Positions 31,281 through 42,725 are shown, counted from the stretch's first letter. The stretch is DNA of 64,000 bases from an uncultured Gemmatimonadales bacterium (GCA_963809895.1 CAWELD010000003.1:1600001-1664000), one strand, 5' to 3'. The notes: generated by a model from the sequence alone, not told the origin. Numbers and translations are program-made.

Positions 31281-33040
31281 GCGTCCGATGCGCGGGTGGA
31301 GCCCTCGTGGAGGCGCAGGTCCAGAAGCCGGAGCTGTGCCGTGCGGGTGCCGCGGTACTCGTTGGCGGTGACCTGGAAGACCGCATCCACCCGCGCGCCC
31401 CGCACCGAGTCCGGCGCCACGCGCTCCGCCAGCCCGAAGCCGATGGCCGGCCGGGTGATGCCCTCAGATTCCAACGTGAGCTTCAGGTGGCCCGTGCCCA
31501 CCTCGCGGGGATCGCCCACCACACGCAGACCCCGCCCCACGAAGACCGGGCGTGGATTGCCCATGCCGTGGGGGCCGAGATAGCGGCACAGATCGGCGAA
31601 TCCCAGGTCCGCGTCGGCCAACGACAGCTCCATGTCCACGGACAGTGTGGGCGTGGGTTCCCGCCCCTCGAGACGGCGACGCGCCTCGTCGTTGAACGCC
31701 GCGCGGAAGGCGTCGAGCCGGTCGTGCTCCAGATCCATGCCCGCGGCCTGGCGGTGCCCGCCGAAGCGAGTCAGATGCGCGCCGCAGGCGTGGATGGCGT
31801 CGTAGAGGTGGAAGCCGGGAACGGACCGCCCGCTCCCCCGGCCGCGTCCGTTGCCGAGAGCCACCAGAATCACGGGGCGGTAGACCCGCTCCACGACGCG
31901 CGAAGCGACGATGCCGATGACGCCCGGATGCCAGCCCTCGGCGGCCAGCACGACGCCGTAGTCCCGCTCGGGATCGTACCCGTCCTCGAGCTGCTCCAGC
32001 GCCTCGGCCAGGGTGCGGCGGTCCTCGTCCTGGCGCGCCCGATTGATGCCCTCCGCGTCCGCGGCCAGCGCGCGGGCCTCGGCGGGATCGTCGGTGAGGA
32101 GAAGGCGAAGCGCGTCGGCGGCGTCGCCCATGCGCCCGACGGCGTTGATCCGGGGCGCCAGCGTGAAGCCCACCTGCCCGGAGGCCGGCTCCCGATCCGC
32201 CATCCCGCACGACTCCATGAGCGCGCGCAGCCCCGGCTTGTCGGTGCGATGGAGGGCCCGCAGGCCGTACCGCACCAGCACGCGGTTCTCGCCGGTCAGC
32301 GGGACCAGGTCGGCCACCGTCGCCAACGCGACGAGATCCAGGTCCTGGAGCATGGACTCCAGGGACAGGCCGCGCCGACCGGCCAGCGCCTGCACGACCT
32401 TGAAGGCGACCCCCGTCCCGCACAGCCCCTTCTCCGGATAGGGGCAGTCGCTCCGGGCGGGATTCACCACCGCAACCGCCGGTGGCAGCTCCGCACCTGG
32501 AGTGTGGTGGTCGGTGACCACCACGTCGATGCCCGCCGCACGAGCCCGCTCAAGGGCGTCGTGGGCCACGATCCCGCAGTCGGCGGTGAGAAGGACGCTT
32601 GCGCCTACGTCGGCGGCGCGCCGCAGACCGGCCTCGCCCAGGTCGTAGCCGTCGCGAAGCCGGTGGGGCACGAACGCTTCCACCCGGCCGCCGAGCCGAC
32701 GAATCCAGCGCGTGTAGAGCGCCGCCGCCGACACGCCGTCCACGTCGTAGTCCCCGTGCACGAGGATGGTCTCACCCCGGGCGATGGCGCGCTCCAGGCG
32801 CTCCACGGCCGCGGGAAGGTCGGCCATGGACTCCGGCGGGTGAAGATGCTCCAGGAGGGGGCGCAGATGCGCCTTGGCGTCGGAGGGCCGGCCCATGCCG
32901 CGAGCCAGGAGGAGCCGCGCCAACGCGTCGGGAAGGCCGAGCGCGGCGGCCAGCTCACGGGCCTCGCCCGGGTCCACCTGCGGCGGCTCGGACCAGCGGG
33001 GTGGCGGCGCCCACCACCCGGAGCCGCGGGGAGCCGTCAC
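31277..33040 (-). CDS. recJ: ssDNA exonuclease RecJ
   Basis: GDYDVDG, TDHH, APRINAVGR, GSGRS, FGGH. Confidence 0.96.
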   Translation of the reverse strand: MTAPRGSGWWAPPPRWSEPPQVDPGEARELAAALGLPDALARLLLARGMGRPSDAKAHLRPLLEHLHPPESMADLPAAVERLERAIARGETILVHGDYDVDGVSAAALYTRWIRRLGGRVEAFVPHRLRDGYDLGEAGLRRAADVGASVLLTADCGIVAHDALERARAAGIDVVVTDHHTPGAELPPAVAVVNPARSDCPYPEKGLCGTGVAFKVVQALAGRRGLSLESMLQDLDLVALATVADLVPLTGENRVLVRYGLRALHRTDKPGLRALMESCGMADREPASGQVGFTLAPRINAVGRMGDAADALRLLLTDDPAEARALAADAEGINRARQDEDRRTLAEALEQLEDGYDPERDYGVVLAAEGWHPGVIGIVASRVVERVYRPVILVALGNGRGRGSGRSVPGFHLYDAIHACGAHLTRFGGHRQAAGMDLEHDRLDAFRAAFNDEARRRLEGREPTPTLSVDMELSLADADLGFADLCRYLGPHGMGNPRPVFVGRGLRVVGDPREVGTGHLKLTLESEGITRPAIGFGLAERVAPDSVRGARVDAVFQVTANEYRGTRTAQLRLLDLRLHEGSTRASDA

Positions 33041-33792
33041 GCCTCCGCCGCGGCCTCGTCTTCGTCGTCCTCGTCGCTGTCCGGGGTCGGCGCCGCGAGT
33101 ATGACGCCGCACGCCTCACATCGAATCATCCCCATGCCGTGCCGGATCTCGTTCTGCACCTGGAGGGGAATCATGCTGAAGCAGTGGCCGCACGCGCCGT
33201 CGGCCGTCAGGCTGGCCACCGCCTGGCGGCGACCCCCACTGCGGATGGCCTCGTACACCTTCAGCTCCGAATCCTCCACCGTGTCGGCGAAAGACTCCCG
33301 CTTCTCCTGGAGTTCAGCGAGCTCGCCGCGCGCCTCCTCCCGTTGACTCATGAGCTCCTTGCGTCGGGGCTCCACCTCGGCCCGGGCCTGCTCCAACGCG
33401 GACTCCTGCTCCTCCAGCCGCAGCTCGAGCTTCCGGATCTGATCCAGGTGCGACAGCGCCTCCTGCTCGTCTCCCTCCAGTGCCTTGCGCACCAGATCGA
33501 GCTCGGCGGTGACCGCCGCTTCTTCGCGAACGTTGCGCACCTGTTGCAGCCGTTCTTCGAGCTTCTTGACCCGGGCGCGCTTCTCCTGGGACGCCAGCTC
33601 CAGACGGCGCTCCTCCAGCCGCATCTCCTGGAGTCGGCCGCGGGTCGTGCCGACCTCGCTTTCCAACGCCTGGGACGGCTCGTCCACCTCTTCCAACTCC
33701 GGCTCGAAGCCCTCGATGCGCTCGCGGGCCTGGCGGATCTCGTGGTCGAGGCGCTGCAGTTCCTTCAGGGAAGCTCGTGTGCGTTCTGTCAT
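33037..33792 (-). CDS. coiled-coil + C4 zinc-ribbon protein (DUF164/CT398-like)
   Basis: long coiled coil, CGHC...CEACGVIL. Confidence 0.85.
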   Translation of the reverse strand: MTERTRASLKELQRLDHEIRQARERIEGFEPELEEVDEPSQALESEVGTTRGRLQEMRLEERRLELASQEKRARVKKLEERLQQVRNVREEAAVTAELDLVRKALEGDEQEALSHLDQIRKLELRLEEQESALEQARAEVEPRRKELMSQREEARGELAELQEKRESFADTVEDSELKVYEAIRSGGRRQAVASLTADGACGHCFSMIPLQVQNEIRHGMGMIRCEACGVILAAPTPDSDEDDEDEAAAEA

Positions 33793-33799
33793 GGATTGC

Positions 33800-35635
33800 T
33801 CAGGGATGGGGGGATCGTGGTTCCATGCGGAGCTTGCGCGCGGTGTGGGCCCACCCGTGGCCCATCTCACGAAGCTCGCGCGCGACCCGGTCCTTCTCAC
33901 CGACCAGGGTTCGCTTGTCGTCGTCGCTCGTCGCCAGCTCGATGCGCCGGTCCAGGTCGTCGGCCTGACGCTCGAGCGCAGCGCGACGCAGGGCGTCCAC
34001 CGACTCCGAGAAGGCGCGTCCGGCGTGGGCGAGCTCCTCCTCGTCGGTGGGGGCCGCCAGCAGCGAAGCCAGGCGGTCCCGCACCTCCGGGGGGAGGTCG
34101 TCGGGGGGGGACACCAGGTCGGGATCGTCCAGAAACGTCTGGAAGATCACCCGGAGGGTGGCGTCGTTGAAGTCCTCGGGGCCCACTTTCATGAGGGCGG
34201 CTTCGAGCCGTTCGTGGCGCCGTTCGCGGTCCCGGGCCAGCACCTGGAGCAGACGCAGCTCGGGACCCAGTCTCGGCCGGGGTGCTTCACCGCGGTGCGC
34301 CGCCCGCTGTCGTGGATCCGGTGGAGGCGCGGTGGGGGCCCTGGGCGCCGAGCGCTGCAGCTCCCCTTCGAGGGTGGCCAACCGGACGCCGGTCTTGTGC
34401 GCCACACGATTCAGGTAGATGTCGCGCAGCGTGGGGTCCGCGGCCGCCCGCAGCGTGGGCAACAGGCGATCCACCGCGTCTCGTGTCCGAGACGGATCGT
34501 CGAAGTAGTCGCGCTCCTCGAGGATCTGGAGCTTTCGTTCCAGGACGTCCACCGCCTGGTCCAGGTATCCTCGAAGCGCGTCCGGTCCTTCTCCCTTCAC
34601 CAGCGTGTCCGGATCCTCTCCCGGGGGAAGTGTGACCACGGAAGGGTGCAACCCCGCAGCAAGCAGGATGTCCCCGGCCTTGAAGGTGGCTCGCAGCCCG
34701 GCGGCGTCGGAATCGAACAGGAGGAGCACCCGGGTCGTGTACCGCCCAAGCAGACGAGCGTGCTCTTCGGTCATGGCCGTTCCCAGGGTGGCCACCACGT
34801 TCTCGAAGCCGCGCGCGGCGAGCGACACCAGGTCCATGTACCCCTCCACCACCATGGCCGATTCCTCGCGGCGGATCGCGTGGCGGGCGCGGTGCAGGCC
34901 GTACAGGAGACGGCCCTTGTGGTAGACCGGGGTCTCGGGGGAATTGAGGTACTTGGGCTGCCCGTCGCCACCCCGGACCAGGACCCGGCCGCCGAAGGCC
35001 ACCACCCGACCGCCCAGGGCCTCGATGGGAAAGATGAGGCGCCCGCGGAAGCGATCGTACGGCTCGCTCGCCCGCTCGCTGGTGGTCAGGAGCCCCACCT
35101 CCAGAAGGACGTCGTCGTCGATTCCCAGGCGGGCCGCCGCGTCGCGGAGCCCGCGCCAGTCGTCGGGCGCCCAACCGAGTTGGAAGCGCTCCGAGGTCTC
35201 GTCGTCGATCCCCCGACGCGCCAGGTACTCGCGAGCCGGCCGGCCCACCTCCTCGTCGAGGAGCTGTTCCCGGAACCAGCCCGCGGCGAAGGCGTTGGCC
35301 TCGTGCAGGGGGCGATGGGGATCGTCCTCCTCGCGGTCTCGGCGCACCTCGCGAATCTCCACGCCGGCCCGCTGGGCCACGTGACGCACGGCCTCGACGA
35401 AATCCAGCCCCAGCCGTTTCATGACGAAAGAGAAGACGTCTCCCGACTCCCCACAGCCGAAGCACTTGTAGAACCCCTTGTCGGGGACCACGTAGAACGA
35501 CGGCGTGCGCTCCTCGTGGAAGGGGCAGTTGGCCTTGTACTCGCGTCCCGATTTCTTCAGGGGCACGAGCTCGCCGACGATGTCGACGATGTCGGCCCGG
35601 GCGCGGATCTCTTCGACCTGATCGTCGGGAATCAC
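33800..35635 (-). CDS. dnaG: DNA primase
   Basis: CPFHEERTPSF, CFGC, KYLNSPET, EGYMD, DSDAAG. Confidence 0.98.
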   Translation of the reverse strand: MIPDDQVEEIRARADIVDIVGELVPLKKSGREYKANCPFHEERTPSFYVVPDKGFYKCFGCGESGDVFSFVMKRLGLDFVEAVRHVAQRAGVEIREVRRDREEDDPHRPLHEANAFAAGWFREQLLDEEVGRPAREYLARRGIDDETSERFQLGWAPDDWRGLRDAAARLGIDDDVLLEVGLLTTSERASEPYDRFRGRLIFPIEALGGRVVAFGGRVLVRGGDGQPKYLNSPETPVYHKGRLLYGLHRARHAIRREESAMVVEGYMDLVSLAARGFENVVATLGTAMTEEHARLLGRYTTRVLLLFDSDAAGLRATFKAGDILLAAGLHPSVVTLPPGEDPDTLVKGEGPDALRGYLDQAVDVLERKLQILEERDYFDDPSRTRDAVDRLLPTLRAAADPTLRDIYLNRVAHKTGVRLATLEGELQRSAPRAPTAPPPDPRQRAAHRGEAPRPRLGPELRLLQVLARDRERRHERLEAALMKVGPEDFNDATLRVIFQTFLDDPDLVSPPDDLPPEVRDRLASLLAAPTDEEELAHAGRAFSESVDALRRAALERQADDLDRRIELATSDDDKRTLVGEKDRVARELREMGHGWAHTARKLRMEPRSPHP

Positions 35636-35645
35636 GCCGTCCCCC

Positions 35646-38018
35646 TCACCCCAGCCGGGCCACGGTCACGCCCGCGCCACCCTCTCCGTGCACGCCCAGG
35701 CGGAACTCCTTCACACGCCGGTCGCCGCCCAGCAGCTCCTGAACCCGCGCACGAACGGCGCCGGTGCCCTTGCCGTGGATGATGCGTACCTCGGCGAGGC
35801 TGCCCATGACCGCGGCGTCCAGGGCGCGCCCGAGCTCGAGCTCCACCTCGTCGACCCTGAGACCGCGCAGATCGATCTCCTGGCGGGCGTCGGGCACGTC
35901 GCCGGACCAGCCGCGCTCCCGGGGGGCGGCTTCGGGGCCGGCCTCCGCGGCGGTCGGGGTGCCCACCGTCTCCAGTTCGTGAGCCGGCACCTCCATGCGC
36001 AGTCCCCCGACCTCCACCGTGGCGCGGCCGTCGCGCAGCTCCCGCACGGTCCCCTTGGCGCTGCCGCTTCCAGGGAGCCGCACCCGGACGCCCACGGCCA
36101 GGTCGCTGGGCGGTGCCTCCGCGGGTCGGTCGGGCGCGCGACGGTCCTGCTCGCGGGCGGCCACTTCGACCCGGCGCCGCGCCCGGTGCGCGGCCTCCTC
36201 CAGATCCGATTCCCGGGCCTGGGCGCTCCGGACCTCGCGGATGGCTTCCTCTACCTCCTCGCGCGCTTCCATGAGGAGTTGGCGGGCGTCTTCGCGGGCC
36301 CGCCGCTCGAAGGTGCGCTCCCGCTCGTCCAGCTCCGAGCGCAACGTCTCGGCGTCCGTCCGCAGCCGGGTGGCCTTCGCCGATTCGCTCTCGAGCTCGT
36401 GCTGGAGCCGCTCCACCTCCCGCTCCCGACGCTCCAGTCGCTCCAGCAGATCCTCCAGCGACGCCGCCCCCTCGTCCACCAGCGCCTGGGCCCTGTCCAG
36501 CAGATCGGCGGGAAAGCCGAGGCGCCGGGCGATGGCGAGACCGTAGCTGCGGCCGGGACGACCCTTCACCAGGTGGTAGGTGGGCTCCATGCGCTCCGGA
36601 TCGAACTGCAACGAGGCGTTGACGATCCCGCTGCCCTCCTCGTCCAGCGTCTTGAGCGTGCCCAGGTGTGAAGTGACGATGCTCAGGGCACCGCGACCGG
36701 TGAGCTCTTCCAGGATGGCCCGTGCCAGCGCCGCCCCCTCGGTGGGATCGGTGCCGGTCCCCATCTCGTCCATGAGGACCAGCGAGCCCGGGTCGGCGGC
36801 CTCCAGGATCTCTCTCAGGTTCTCCAGGTGCGCGCTGAAGGTGGACAGGCTCTCGCTGATGGACTGCTCGTCGCCGATGTCGGCGAAGACGTCGGAGAAC
36901 ACCGGGAGCGCCGTGCCCCGTCGCACCGGCGGCACGACCCCGCTCTGGGTGAGGGCCGCCAGAAGACCCACGGCCTTGAGGAAGACGCTCTTCCCGCCCG
37001 TGTTGGGACCCGAGACGACCAGCGTTCGCTCGCCAGGCGCCAACTCCAGGTCGTAGGGCACGACCTCGTCCTCGCGGGACAGGAGGAGGGGGTGCCGCGC
37101 ACCCATCAGGCGGAGCCCCTGGGCGCCCCCGTCCAGGATCTCGGGGAGCGCAGCGTCCCAGGCCAGAGCGGCGCGGGCGCGGGCGTGCAGCGAGTCCAGG
37201 TCGACGAGGGCGTCCAGCGCGCCCAGAAGCGCGTCTCGCAACGGTCGCACGCGGGCCGACACCTCGCGCAGGATCCTCCGGATCTCGCGCGTCTCGGCCC
37301 GCTCGAGGTCGCGAAGCTCGTTCATGAGCTCCACGGCCACGGGAGGCTCGACGAAGATGGTGGCGCCGGTGCCCGATTCGTCGTGGATGATCCCCCCGAC
37401 CTCGCCCTTGCCCTCGCGGCGGAGCGGGATGACGTAGCGCCCTTCACGGACGGTCACCGAGGCGTCCGGGACCACGAAGCGCTGGGGCAGGGTCTTGAGA
37501 TACGCCTCGAGACGGCGCACCACCCGGCTGTGGGCCGTGCGCAGGGACGTTCGGATCCGGCGCAGCTCCCGCGATGCGCCGTCGAGCACTTCGCCCTCGG
37601 CATCCACCGTCCGCTGGATCTCCTCCTCCAGTTCGCGCTGCTCGACCAGGAGATCCCGGGTGGGCTGCAGCGGCGGGGGGATCCGGGCCCGGCCGTCCAT
37701 CTCCCGTGCCGCCTCACGCGACGAGGTCAGGAGCACCCCCACGGCGTGGAGCTCCGGCGGCTCGAGAACCGAGCCCTCGGCCTGGAGACGCCGGAGCGAC
37801 GTACGCGCATCGGGGATGGGTGGAGGGCCCCAGGCCGGCTTCTCGTCGACGAACTCCACCAGCGCCTGGACCCGACCGAGCTCCCGCCGGATGCCGTCCG
37901 GGTCGGAGGAGGGACGCAGCGCCTCCACGGCGGCGCGCCCCAGGGGGCTGGTGGCTCGTTCCGCCACCTGCGCCAGCGCACGCGGGAACTCCAGCACACG
38001 GAGCGCGTGTTCGTTCAT
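35646..38018 (-). CDS. mutS2: endonuclease MutS2
   Basis: GPNTGGKS, DIGDEQS, SLSTFSAH, DEMGTGTDP, Smr domain IIHGKGTG. Confidence 0.96.
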   Translation of the reverse strand: MNEHALRVLEFPRALAQVAERATSPLGRAAVEALRPSSDPDGIRRELGRVQALVEFVDEKPAWGPPPIPDARTSLRRLQAEGSVLEPPELHAVGVLLTSSREAAREMDGRARIPPPLQPTRDLLVEQRELEEEIQRTVDAEGEVLDGASRELRRIRTSLRTAHSRVVRRLEAYLKTLPQRFVVPDASVTVREGRYVIPLRREGKGEVGGIIHDESGTGATIFVEPPVAVELMNELRDLERAETREIRRILREVSARVRPLRDALLGALDALVDLDSLHARARAALAWDAALPEILDGGAQGLRLMGARHPLLLSREDEVVPYDLELAPGERTLVVSGPNTGGKSVFLKAVGLLAALTQSGVVPPVRRGTALPVFSDVFADIGDEQSISESLSTFSAHLENLREILEAADPGSLVLMDEMGTGTDPTEGAALARAILEELTGRGALSIVTSHLGTLKTLDEEGSGIVNASLQFDPERMEPTYHLVKGRPGRSYGLAIARRLGFPADLLDRAQALVDEGAASLEDLLERLERREREVERLQHELESESAKATRLRTDAETLRSELDERERTFERRAREDARQLLMEAREEVEEAIREVRSAQARESDLEEAAHRARRRVEVAAREQDRRAPDRPAEAPPSDLAVGVRVRLPGSGSAKGTVRELRDGRATVEVGGLRMEVPAHELETVGTPTAAEAGPEAAPRERGWSGDVPDARQEIDLRGLRVDEVELELGRALDAAVMGSLAEVRIIHGKGTGAVRARVQELLGGDRRVKEFRLGVHGEGGAGVTVARLG

Positions 38019-38106
38019 CGCCCCCCCGACGCGAGACGGGCGCCGGCCTCGAGGCCCGCGCCCGTCCCTGGATTCCATCGCCCGGCCGACTCTCCGCCGT
38101 GGTGTC

Positions 38107-38547
38107 TCACGGCGTCAGCTCCTCCCGCACGATCCGGTTCGCCTCCTTGCCGTCGAAGCGACCCCGTAACCTGGGCATGAGCTGGCCCATGACGGGACCC
38201 ATGTCGGTGTGGCCCGCCGCGACGATCTCCCGGACCATGGCCCGCACCTCCGCCTCGTCGAGTTGCTCGGGGAGGTACGCGGTGAGCATCTCCGCCTCGC
38301 GCTCCTCCTTGTCCGCGAGGTCGTCCCGGGCCCCGGCGCGCATCTGCTCCGCGGCATCGCGCCGCTGCTTGATCGCTCGCGACACCACCTTCAGGACCTC
38401 TTCGTCCGGCGCATCCCCACCCAGTTCGATCTCGCGATTGCGCACCTCGGCGAGGGTGGTGGAGAGGACCAGGGTGCGCGCCTTGTCTCGGGCTTTGCGC
38501 GCCTGGTTCAGATCGGCCTGGAGACGGGCCTTGAGGCGACTGCTCAC
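38107..38547 (-). CDS. GatB/YqeY domain protein
   Basis: KQRRDAAEQM, AYLPEQL, MGPVMG. Confidence 0.9.
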   Translation of the reverse strand: MSSRLKARLQADLNQARKARDKARTLVLSTTLAEVRNREIELGGDAPDEEVLKVVSRAIKQRRDAAEQMRAGARDDLADKEEREAEMLTAYLPEQLDEAEVRAMVREIVAAGHTDMGPVMGQLMPRLRGRFDGKEANRIVREELTP

Positions 38548-38580
38548 TGGTGCTCGTGGTGTTCGAGGAACCGGGCAGGA

Positions 38581-38609
38581 AAGCTACCCGCGGCCGGGAA
38601 CAGGGTCAA
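38581..38609 (-). promoter_or_regulatory. sigma70-type promoter upstream of yqeY-mutS2-dnaG
   Basis: TTGACC-17 bp-TAGCTT. Confidence 0.6.
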
Positions 38610-38632
38610 CGCGCGAGCGACCGGCGGGGCCG

Positions 38633-38983
38633 TCAACCCGGGGGCCAGCCCAGGGAGCGTCCGCCCAGCACGTGGACGTGGAGGTGATCCACCGACTGGC
38701 CTCCGTCGGGCCCCACGTTGGCCACCACGCGCCAGCCCCCCTCCAGTCCCTCCGCACGCGCCACGTCCCGGGCCACGAGAAGCAACCGGCCCAGGAGGTC
38801 CCGGTCGCCATCGCCCACGTGATCCAGCGAGGCGATGTGCCTTCGGGGGATGACCAGCACGTGGGTGGGGGCCTTGGGATCGATGTCCCGGAACGCCAGG
38901 ACGTCGTCGCCCTCGTGCACCAGCGTCGCCGGGATCTCGCCGGCGACGATGCGGCAGAAAAGACATTCGGGGTCGCGCGCCAT
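38633..38983 (-). CDS. histidine triad (HIT) nucleotide-binding protein
   Basis: CLFCRI, FRDIDPKAPTH, HLHVHVLGG. Confidence 0.95.
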   Translation of the reverse strand: MARDPECLFCRIVAGEIPATLVHEGDDVLAFRDIDPKAPTHVLVIPRRHIASLDHVGDGDRDLLGRLLLVARDVARAEGLEGGWRVVANVGPDGGQSVDHLHVHVLGGRSLGWPPG

Positions 38984-39159
38984 GGGCAGCTCCTCGTGCG
39001 GGCGGGTCAGGACCTCCGAGTGTGGGCGCGGGGAGGGTTTCTCGCAACGTCCTCGGCCAGGTGTCCCGTTCAGCCATGGGATCGCACGGACCGGCGTGCC
39101 ACCATGGGCATCCAGCGGCGCGGCGTTCGCTGGAAGTCTTCCCCCTCCCTGGAGACGTC

Positions 39160-39570
39160 ATGGAACGACTCACCGACCGGATCGTCCGGCTGACCGGAAC
39201 GCGCATCGATCCCCTCGTCCCCCTCGCGGAGCTGCGCACGCTGCTGCGGGACGACGGGTGTCCCGTGAGCGGAGCCACACTCCTGGGAGTGCTCCGCGCC
39301 GACAACGAGCACTTCCGTGTGCTGCGGCCCTGGAAGGGGATCCTGGAGCCGCTGCGTCCGTCCCACATGGCTCCGGACGGTGGGCGCGCTCGGGTCGGCG
39401 AGGCGGACACCTGTGTTCTGCTTCTCTCGCCGGAGGCCGCCGACGAAGCCACCCCCACGGGCGCCGCCCTCCGGGCCCTCACGCGCCTGGGAAGATCGCT
39501 GGACGACCGTTCCGTCCTGGATCGCAGTCGGTGGCTCAGGCTGTGGAGCGCGTTCGCCCGGGCCGCGTGA
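39160..39570 (+). CDS. hypothetical protein (136 aa)
   Basis: fills the gap between HIT and prmA; GGAG before ATG; protein-like composition. Confidence 0.6.
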   Translation: MERLTDRIVRLTGTRIDPLVPLAELRTLLRDDGCPVSGATLLGVLRADNEHFRVLRPWKGILEPLRPSHMAPDGGRARVGEADTCVLLLSPEAADEATPTGAALRALTRLGRSLDDRSVLDRSRWLRLWSAFARAA

Positions 39571-39607
39571 GACCCGCGGGCGACAGGCGAAACGGAGTGA
39601 GCACGCC

Positions 39608-40477
39608 CTACCGCCGTCGGAAGAGCACCGTGCGCCAGTCCCCGTCGGCGTCCAGCGCCTCCACCCCGAACCCCCGCGCGATGACCTCGCGTTCGAGGGC
39701 CCCGACCTCGTCGTCCTGCATGCCGCTGAGGAGCAGCCAACCGCCCTCGCCCACCGCGGCGGCGAGACCGGGTACGAGGGGCGAGAGGTGCCCCGTTTCG
39801 ATATTGGACATGACGCCGTCGAAACGGCCCAGTGTCTCCAGATCGTCGGAGGCGACGCGGGCCTCGGACACACGCACGCGAGCCTCGACCCCGTTGCGGC
39901 GCACGTTCTCCAGCGCCGTGGGAATGGCCCAGGGGTCCGCCTCCAGCGCTTGCACCGACCGGGCGCCCAGAAGAGCGGCCACGATCGACAGGATCCCCGA
40001 GCCCGCCCCCACGTCCAGGATCCGCTGCCCCGCTGCCACCACACCGTCCAGGAGGCGAATGCAGCCACGGGTCGTCCCGTGCTCGGCGTTGCCGAAGGCC
40101 ACGCCCGGATCCAGCGAGATGACGAGCTCCCCGGGGCTCGGGTCCACCGGGTCCCAGGTGGGTGCAACCACGATGCGGTCGGTGACGCGGCGCGGCGCCA
40201 GACCCCGCTTCCACAATTCGGCCCAATCCTCGTGATCCTGCCAGCGGATGCGGACCTCCACGTCGTCGACGCCGGTGACCGCGACCAGGGAGTCCCGGAG
40301 CCCGCCGGCCGAAACCGGCCCCGTGCTGTCGCCGTCCAGATAGGTCACCAGCCAGCCGTCGCGCTCCTGGACCGCGCGCCCCCCCATGGCCAGAAGCCCC
40401 TCGGCCAGCCTCCCGTCACCGGGATCGGTCGAAGGGCTCCGGGCTTCGAGCTCCAGCCAGCGACTCGGCGTGGTCAT
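39608..40477 (-). CDS. prmA: ribosomal protein L11 methyltransferase
   Basis: [36 protein letters not shown]; follows dnaJ. Confidence 0.9.
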   Translation of the reverse strand: MTTPSRWLELEARSPSTDPGDGRLAEGLLAMGGRAVQERDGWLVTYLDGDSTGPVSAGGLRDSLVAVTGVDDVEVRIRWQDHEDWAELWKRGLAPRRVTDRIVVAPTWDPVDPSPGELVISLDPGVAFGNAEHGTTRGCIRLLDGVVAAGQRILDVGAGSGILSIVAALLGARSVQALEADPWAIPTALENVRRNGVEARVRVSEARVASDDLETLGRFDGVMSNIETGHLSPLVPGLAAAVGEGGWLLLSGMQDDEVGALEREVIARGFGVEALDADGDWRTVLFRRR

Positions 40478-41628
40478 CCCGCGGTGAAGGCCTCCTTCAC
40501 CCTGGACCAGAACCCCTTGTGCTCGGACCGGTCCACACGCTCGGGCGCCGGGTCTTCGAGCTCGCGCAGTTGGCGGAAGAGCTCTTCCTGTTCTGCGGTC
40601 AGCTTCGGTGGGGTGTAGACGACCACCCGCACCAGCAGGTCGCCTTGCCCCCTGCCGTGCAGCTCCGGCAGGCCCTGGCCGCGCAGGCGCAGGACCACGC
40701 CCGATTGCACACCCGCGGGCACGGTCAGCTTGACCGTGCCTTCGATCCTGGGAATCTCCACTTCGTCGCCCAGGGCCGCCTGTGCGAAGGTGATGGGCAG
40801 CTCGTGCAGCAGGTTGGCGCCATCGCGCACGAAGCGAGCGTCCTCTTCGACCTCGAGCAGCACGACCACGTCGCCCCGGGGACCACCCCGGGGGCCCGCG
40901 TTCCCCTGGCCTCTGAGCGTAATGTAGTTCTCGGAGGTCACGCCGGCGGGTACCTCGACCTCGATGTCGCGCTGGTTGCGGACCCGTCCCTCGCCGTGGC
41001 AACGGGTGCAGGGCTGCTCGATGATACGCCCTTCCCCACCGCAGCGCCGGCACGGCTGCACGGCCACCATCTGGCCCATGAGCCCGGTGTGGACGACCCG
41101 CTCCTCGCCGCTTCCACCGCACTGCGGACACGGGTTGGGCGTCGAGCCCGGCTCCGCCCCACTTCCGTCACAGCGATCACACGGATCGAGCCCGTTGATG
41201 CGCACCGTGCGGGTGACGCCGTGCGAAACCTCCTCGAGCGTCAGCGGAAGCTTGAGCTTGACCGTCTGACCCTTGCGGGGTCCGGTGCGGCGCCCTCGAC
41301 CTCGCTGACCGAAGAGATCGCCCAGGCCTCCGAAGCCACCGAAGTCCCGCATGAAGACCTCCAGGGCATCGGCGAAGTCGAACCCCTGGAATCCGCCCTG
41401 GCCCTGTCCGCGCACGCCCTGTTCGCCGTAGCGATCGTACATCTGACGCTTGTCGGCGTCCCGCAGGACCTCGTAGGCCTGCGTGATCTCCTTGAAGCGC
41501 TCCTCGGACTCCTTGGAGCCGTCGTTCCGGTCCGGATGGTACTTGAGCGCCAGCTTGCGGTACGCCTTCTTGATCTCCTCGGCGTCGGCATCACGGCCGA
41601 CGCCGAGGAGCTGGTAGTAATCTGCCAT
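40474..41628 (-). CDS. dnaJ: chaperone DnaJ
   Basis: J-domain HPD, four CxxCxGxG repeats. Confidence 0.98.
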   Translation of the reverse strand: MADYYQLLGVGRDADAEEIKKAYRKLALKYHPDRNDGSKESEERFKEITQAYEVLRDADKRQMYDRYGEQGVRGQGQGGFQGFDFADALEVFMRDFGGFGGLGDLFGQRGRGRRTGPRKGQTVKLKLPLTLEEVSHGVTRTVRINGLDPCDRCDGSGAEPGSTPNPCPQCGGSGEERVVHTGLMGQMVAVQPCRRCGGEGRIIEQPCTRCHGEGRVRNQRDIEVEVPAGVTSENYITLRGQGNAGPRGGPRGDVVVLLEVEEDARFVRDGANLLHELPITFAQAALGDEVEIPRIEGTVKLTVPAGVQSGVVLRLRGQGLPELHGRGQGDLLVRVVVYTPPKLTAEQEELFRQLRELEDPAPERVDRSEHKGFWSRVKEAFTAG

Positions 41629-41636
41629 GAGCTGAT

Positions 41637-42725
41637 CTAGGGGGTCAGAAGGTCAGTGACCAGACGGGAGGTGTGGTCCACGATGGCGATGACCTTCTCG
41701 TAGGGCATGCGCGTGGGACCGATGACGCCGATGACGCCCTTGAGCCCGCCGGCCCGGTATTCGGCGGTCACCAGCGTGAACTCGGTGAGCTCCTGGGGAT
41801 CGTGCTCTCCGCCGATGGTGATCTGCAGACCCCCGGCGTGTTCTCGGGTGTCGAGCACGCGGCGCAGCAGGTCACGCCGCTCGGTGAGCTCGATGAGTCC
41901 CTTGAGGCGCTCGCCGGTCGTGAACTCGGGCTGCGAAGCCAGGACGCTGGTCTGGCCGATGTGGATGTCGGAGCCCTCCAGGCCCGACCAGTCGAAGAGC
42001 TCGGCACCCGATTGCATGAAGAAGTTCAGGAGCTCGGTGGTGCCCTCGTCGCTGGCGGAATCGCGCAGGCGCTCCGGAAGGGTGTGACGGATCTCCTGGA
42101 GGGACAGGCCGGCGAGACGCTCGTTGAGGATCATGGTGAGCGTCACCAGCGTGTCCTGCGGCACCTCGCCGGGAAGATCCATGTACACCGTGCGCACCAG
42201 ACCCGAGTGGATCGTGGCGACCAGGAGGACCTTGTCTCCCGAGATCTGCAGCAGCTCCAGCTTCTCCAGGAGCGCGTCTTCGAGGCGCGGAGCCACGGCC
42301 AGTCCCAGCTCGAAGGACAGCACGCTCAGGGCGCGGGTGGCCCGTCGCACCAGCTGCTCCACCGCCGAGGCCGTCACGTTGGTCTCGAGCTCGCGGCGAA
42401 GCTGATCCTGCTCGTGACCCGAGAGGGCCCGGGGCTGGATCACCTGGTCCACGAAGAAGCGATACGCCTGGTCCGTGGGAATCCGCCCGGCCGACGTGTG
42501 GGGATGGAAGAGATATCCCTTCTCTTCCAGGTCGCTCATGGTGTTGCGAACGGTGGCCGGCGACACCCCGAGCTCGAACTTGCGGGACACCGTTCGCGAG
42601 CCCGCCGGCTCGGCCGTGTCCACGTAGGTGCGCACCACGGCCTCCAGCACCTGACGCTCACGATCCGTGAGCTCGGCGCCGATTCCGCCTCGAGGCTGAG
42701 CGTCCTTGTCGCGCATGGTGATCAC
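41637..42725 (-). CDS. hrcA: heat-inducible transcription repressor HrcA
   Basis: [29 protein letters not shown]; start may be 42716. Confidence 0.97.
   Translation of the reverse strand: MITMRDKDAQPRGGIGAELTDRERQVLEAVVRTYVDTAEPAGSRTVSRKFELGVSPATVRNTMSDLEEKGYLFHPHTSAGRIPTDQAYRFFVDQVIQPRALSGHEQDQLRRELETNVTASAVEQLVRRATRALSVLSFELGLAVAPRLEDALLEKLELLQISGDKVLLVATIHSGLVRTVYMDLPGEVPQDTLVTLTMILNERLAGLSLQEIRHTLPERLRDSASDEGTTELLNFFMQSGAELFDWSGLEGSDIHIGQTSVLASQPEFTTGERLKGLIELTERRDLLRRVLDTREHAGGLQITIGGEHDPQELTEFTLVTAEYRAGGLKGVIGVIGPTRMPYEKVIAIVDHTSRLVTDLLTP

Noticed and set aside
39016..39047. third near-copy of the GAGTGTGG motif upstream of HIT
   Set aside because: Better explained as the -10 of a promoter (TTGCGA-17 bp-CACACT on the minus strand).
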